In this document: positions 58,967-64,000 of the stretch, in pieces
Position numbering within the stretch: position 1 is the stretch's first letter
How the letters are laid out: the number at the start of each line of letters is the position of its first letter
Source of the DNA: Tubulanus polymorphus
Taxonomy: Eukaryota > Animalia > Nemertea
Direction: 5' to 3'
DNA length: 64,000 nucleotides
Assembly (NCBI RefSeq): GCF_964204645.1
Contig: NC_134030.1
Location: 15,252,110-15,316,109, forward strand
Position numbers and translations under genes: made by a program
Notes under the pieces: model-generated
What the model saw: only the letters and a program-made list of their open reading frames with translations
Told to the model about the DNA's origin: nothing
Databases searched by the model: none

Positions 58967-61900
58967 GTAAGTAATTTAATAAAAAAAACCAAGCATTTTA
59001 CTCTTTTCTACGACAAAAATGTGAAGGTTAAGATTATTTTTGACCTCTATTCCCACAGATTTATTGAATTCTAGAAAAAAACAGGTTACCATGAATATGT
59101 CAGGACCGCTACATTATTTTCCTAGGCAACATGATCCTAAGTTGTGTCAACAGGGCAAAATATATCCGCTTAGTTGACAGGATTGTTGAAGTATATAACC
59201 CACTAAAACAAAGGAAAACTAGAATATAGCTGCATAGCAGCGATAACTGGTTTCTGCCTATCTGGTCCAAGTCTAGTCGAAAAATGGCGAAATTTCAATA
59301 ACAATCTGTTGAACTACCTTCATTAGGCATCAATTTGTTCAGTAAGGAATTTGCCTTCAGAAATAAACAACTACAATTTTTAACATTTTTGTTTTGATTT
59401 ATCAATGATACATTGCAACTTTGAATACAACATTTTTGGAACCGAACTTAACTGCGTATACTCAATAAACGATAATTGTCTTCAATAGACAGCTTTGCCA
59501 TGCTAGTCTCAAATGAGGGAATTACAGATTACAAAATTATTGCATTGTCGGGATTCGAACAGGATGCGGCATCACTGCATCATGTCAGTGAAGTGTTTTA
59601 GGTAATGTTTAGTTTATCCACCAAACAGAAGTTATACAAGTGGCGCCTTTTGTGAATCGCATATAGATGAAACAGTTCGCGGGAAATGACGGATCCGGAC
59701 TGATGTAAGTCTGAATCCGCGATTTACGGTTCAGTTTGACGCTCAAGGACATCCGGTAATTTGTAGGCTTTTCGGGATGTACTTTTATCAATGAATGGCC
59801 ATTACAACATTCTTGTCGCCGTTTAGACCCAGTAAAAGATGGTGAGACGGAAATCAATATTTCAGTCAGAATAGAAAATTACGTTTATAAGCTGTTAGTG
59901 GTCCAATCTGAGAGGAGTTACATTTTGTGAACATTTTTTGGCTGGAAAGTGGTTGAAATAATGAATATAGCTGCAAAGGAGCAATAACGGGTTTTCTGCA
60001 AAGCCAGTCAGGGTGATGGGAACTGTAGAAAATGTAAATACCGTTACATAGAATAAAATGCATTGACAGATTCGAACCTAATATGCAACCACTGTGTAAA
60101 ACGTCATATGTGATTCAGCTTTGAGACCGAACTTACGCGGACGTTCAATCAACAAATTTGAATTTATTCGACCAGGCATTCATTTTGGCATTATAACTTT
60201 ATGATACTGAACACGCTTTAAAAATGAATCTGTTCTAAAGAACTCATCTTGGGAATCCGCAGAGTCTATAGATTGAGTAAATTTACAGGTAAGAACCTAT
60301 TATGATTTGGAATAGATTTAAGGAGTTATTCTTTTTATTGAAATATTTGAATAAATACATATATTGTAGTAGATTCAATCAATAAATTATGATTTGATTT
60401 GGTCTGGGTTTCGGGCCTATGTTGATTCAGGGTTTTATGGATTATAAATTCTATACTGATAAACTATTTATGCCTGCAACATGTGAGTAAATATCTAATC
60501 GATTCGACTAGTAACGTGTGTTTCCAAATAAACGGGACAGTCAATCTTAGTTATTAGAAAAATAATGTTCATTTCATTATAGATATTCATTACATTTTTG
60601 AAAATTCTACAATAATATTTGTTCTGTCCTAATTTCAATTACGGTATGAACCAATGATATGCTTTGTAAATATGATGTAATAAAATAAATTTGAATTTTA
60701 ATAAGATTTGAATATGACGATTAAGCATAACTTGTGTTCTTTCCACTTGTCCTACTTGTCTCTCGATAACAGTTCCAGAGTTTCAATTACAATCAAATCC
60801 AAATTGGCTAAAAAGTACATAGGACTAAATGAAATGAACTGTTAGTCACTGCAAACCTATTCCAGTGTTATATCGATCGTGTTGAATCACTTTGCTTGAG
60901 TTGAAAGAATCAGATCTTCTCTCATATGATGCAACCTCGGTCGAAGAGAGTTCTTGGTGTTCACTACCTTAACCATTTGATTTCATGTGTTTGACATCGG
61001 AATCCGCATGAACCCATTTGAACTGCAAGATATTCATAGAACATGAAAACCTATATTGTAAACAATACATGTATACAGTTTTCAAACTTTCACCGACGTT
61101 GGATATTTGAATGAACGTAAGGCTTCAATTTCAATATTCTAAAGCAGGAAATAATAAGCCCAATCAATAGGCCCTAGCTATTCCCATTGTTATAATGCGT
61201 ACAGCTGTACCGTACACTTATCAGTCAAGGAATAGAAATCGGTATACAAGCCATGGTATACAAGCCGTGACCACACAAAGGTTTTGGATCTAGGCTTGAA
61301 TATAAATGTCAGCAGGTCAGGCAAGGCCTTAGCAAAATTTAAACGCAGTTATGTTAACATCAGTGCAGGGCCGACGAGAGGGAAAAAGTTGTGTTTGTAG
61401 TATGTAGCCATGGTAGGCTTATGGTACTCACTTAATACTTAAAACGCTGGAGTTACCTGTACGTGACTGTACCGTGATTTCCACACTTTAGCTGTATGTG
61501 AGTACGTTGGCGCGCTCTGACTTGCAATATTGGTATTCAAAAACCAAATGAAAAACTTTGTACTTAAAATGGTATTGGCTACTATAAAAGGCCCAAGATC
61601 AAGATCAACAAGATAGACGAATAAATACTGGTGCAGTAGGCTTACTTAAGTTTCCACACTTCACAACCGAGCCAACTGACTAACCGGTATATTTTTGTCC
61701 CAGTACGCACCAACTGGCACAGGCCTAACACTTTTTGTCAACTGTGTGTTCCGGTAGGCTATCGATAATCACCTGATACTTTTCTGTCGTTTCTTTTCTC
61801 TCTGAAGCTGAATTGTCTGAATGTAGTCGAACATTTATTCTAGACCCGCGACTCAGCGACCTTGATTTACAAATTTGATCAAATCAAAAATTATTTATTG

Positions 61901-63544
61901 ACGCCTTTGGTTACATGAACAGATTGGAAATGTACTTAAATAAAGAATAACTGCTATAACAAGAAAACAACAATATAAAAGAGGTAACAACAAACAAATG
62001 CTCGTAAACCTGTAGGACTCGCGAACGCCGGACTCGTGAAGTCTTGGACTCGGACCTGATATTCTCGGAGCATTCCTCTTTTGGACGAATTATCGGTACA
62101 TGTGCATTCAGGTTCAATTCTTTATTGACAGTAACCTAATAACTAATTTTAAGTTTCAAATAGGATAGAAAATACATTTAGAAAATCTGCTGGTTCAGAG
62201 AGACCGTAATTACAGTATCAATGTACACCGTGGATTACCCGTGGCTGGATCGAGGGACTACGAGTATGTTGGTTTGTCGGTATGTCGGTTTGTTGGTTTG
62301 TCTTGAAAAGTACGCTGCCGAATCACTTCTTTTCTAAAAATGTATCTTTGAGCGGGGAACTATTCCACACTATACTGGACTTGAACCCAAATAATAAAGG
62401 AAAACGGAATTTGATAAACTAAATGTATTAAGAATTATAAATATATACAAGACCGAAAATAATATAGTATATGATACCTAAAATTAGCCTAAATTACTGA
62501 AGGAAAGTCCTGGAAATTATACTTTACCCAGGTTAACTGAGAATAACTGAGGTCCGGGTCCGGTACGATCAAGAGTGCCTGGTCCGTGAATGCATGGCCA
62601 TTTATAGGGGCCACGCTACCAAGCACTGTTAATCCGACACGGATAAATGGTTCCCAATAGTTGCTGGTCGAGAAAAAAAAACTGGAAAACAACCATCTCC
62701 CTGTCATAAATATGCCATACTTGAATAAAGCAACCTTCTTCCCAGAAACTAACTGAATTGTGGGACTGTTTTTAGTGTCAAAAATTAAGTCAAATTTTTT
62801 TAATGACATGTACACATGTGGGTACAACGTCCTCTTAGAAAATTGCTAAAGGACACGATTTTGTTTGCCCACTTCATCAAATCTTAAATCATATGAAAGT
62901 GTAACCGGCTGGTTGTTGTATCGGCAGGCTGGCGGGGGAACTAGCATTTACGCCAGCGGTACAGGATTCCATCCATCAGGAACAACAAGGCAGTTAAACC
63001 TTATATGTACAATCTTTATTGCATCCCGGAATGAGAATGGTTATCATAACTTAACGTAGTCTTTATATACAGAATCATGAGTATAATGTGAGAACTAGGT
63101 GTCAGACAAGTTGTAGACATCAGGACTCACAAACAAACACCTAGTGACATGGTTGAGAGACATTAATTAATAATCGATGACCACTGACTATAGCTAATTA
63201 CTGTGAATACATATTGAGTAGTCTGACATGTTGATAATGATAAAGCACATATTGACACTATAGTCATAAGTTATATTACATTATATTATTATTATTATTA
63301 TTGTCATTATTATTAATATGTAGTAGAGCTATGAAATATTATGAACTGTTCGATATGGCATTGTAGATCTATATGATTATAAAATATGCGTTTTATATCA
63401 GGGTGACAAAAGCCTTGACTATTTACTTCAAATAATACAAACTTGTTATACATGAAGATAAACTGAGAATGAGCTATTCTGTATCCTTATGAATTTGGAT
63501 TTTCCCATGAAATTCCTGCGGAGTAATAGACACTACGTAGTGAG

Positions 63545-63780
63545 ATAAATGAAGAAAATCCCACACTTTGAATTTAGAATTATGCGATCAAATTTATTAT
63601 TATGAAACCACAACATTTCGGCTGTTGACTAACAGCCATCATCAGGTGGAATGACCAGAAAAACAAGTAACAAAGCATATATACTCACAGGATCTAAAAT
63701 AGAAGCAGTGTGTCAAAACTAAAGATAAACAGACCAAGCAATAAAAACATCAAGAAGAACCATAGAAACCTGAGCAATTC
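63545..63780 (-). mobile_element. Solo Penelope pLTR fragment with hammerhead-like core (63608-63649)
   Basis: Near-identical to 38853-39090; GAAACG is changed to GAAATG. Confidence 0.82.
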
Positions 63781-63919
63781 TACGTAGTACCTAGTAGTTC
63801 CTGAGTACTTAGGCTATAGGTTAAAGATGTATAAATCAGATGATAATCAAAACCCAGGTACAAACATAGCATTCTGGGCTTAAATATGATCCTCCTTGGA
63901 TCTCTTGTCATAATTCTAG

Positions 63920-64000
63920 GGAGAATTGATAGCTTTAACACAAATTGCTACAGGATTAATGGCAGAAGAACTGAGATTCCAAAGATTAGACGTGGACGCA
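63920..64000 (+). CDS. MRPL39: MRPL39 coding exon, runs off the window end
   Basis: ctag|GELIALTQIATGLMAEELRFQRLDVDA, cf. [27 protein letters not shown]; phase 0 fits the preceding exon. Confidence 0.85.

Overview
Repeat-rich genomic DNA from an invertebrate animal (probably a lophotrochozoan; inference from the repeat types). (1) 1-7.15 kb is the right-hand part of an intact, very AT-rich, intronless Polinton/Maverick-like (polinton-like virus) element. It has eight co-oriented minus-strand genes, including a protein-primed family B DNA polymerase and a penton-like minor capsid protein, and ends at a 188-bp hairpin. The most striking observation is that every gene start carries one of two fixed-spacing promoter-like motifs. 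A T-run class (TAATTTTT-N8-TAAATG) precedes five genes, and an A-run class (AAAATWT..GTA..TAAA(A)TG) precedes the polymerase, the 113-aa gene and the penton. This mirrors poxvirus late and intermediate promoter architecture and suggests a virophage-like parasite transcribed by a cytoplasmic helper virus. (2) The rest is a nest of mobile elements: foldback MITEs, P-like and CAGGG/hAT-like non-autonomous elements with demonstrable TSDs, a decayed CxxH-type DDE transposase, a near-intact pogo/Tigger element, and a decayed Mutator-like gene fusing Ulp1 protease, GATA finger, DDE, SWIM and PHD domains. Also present are Penelope retroelements with hammerhead ribozymes, a Gmr1-type gypsy fragment, and Helentron-type HINEs carrying 154-bp tandem arrays of CTCF-consensus sites. 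(3) Five coding exons of the host gene MRPL39 lie on the + strand from 42075 to the window end.
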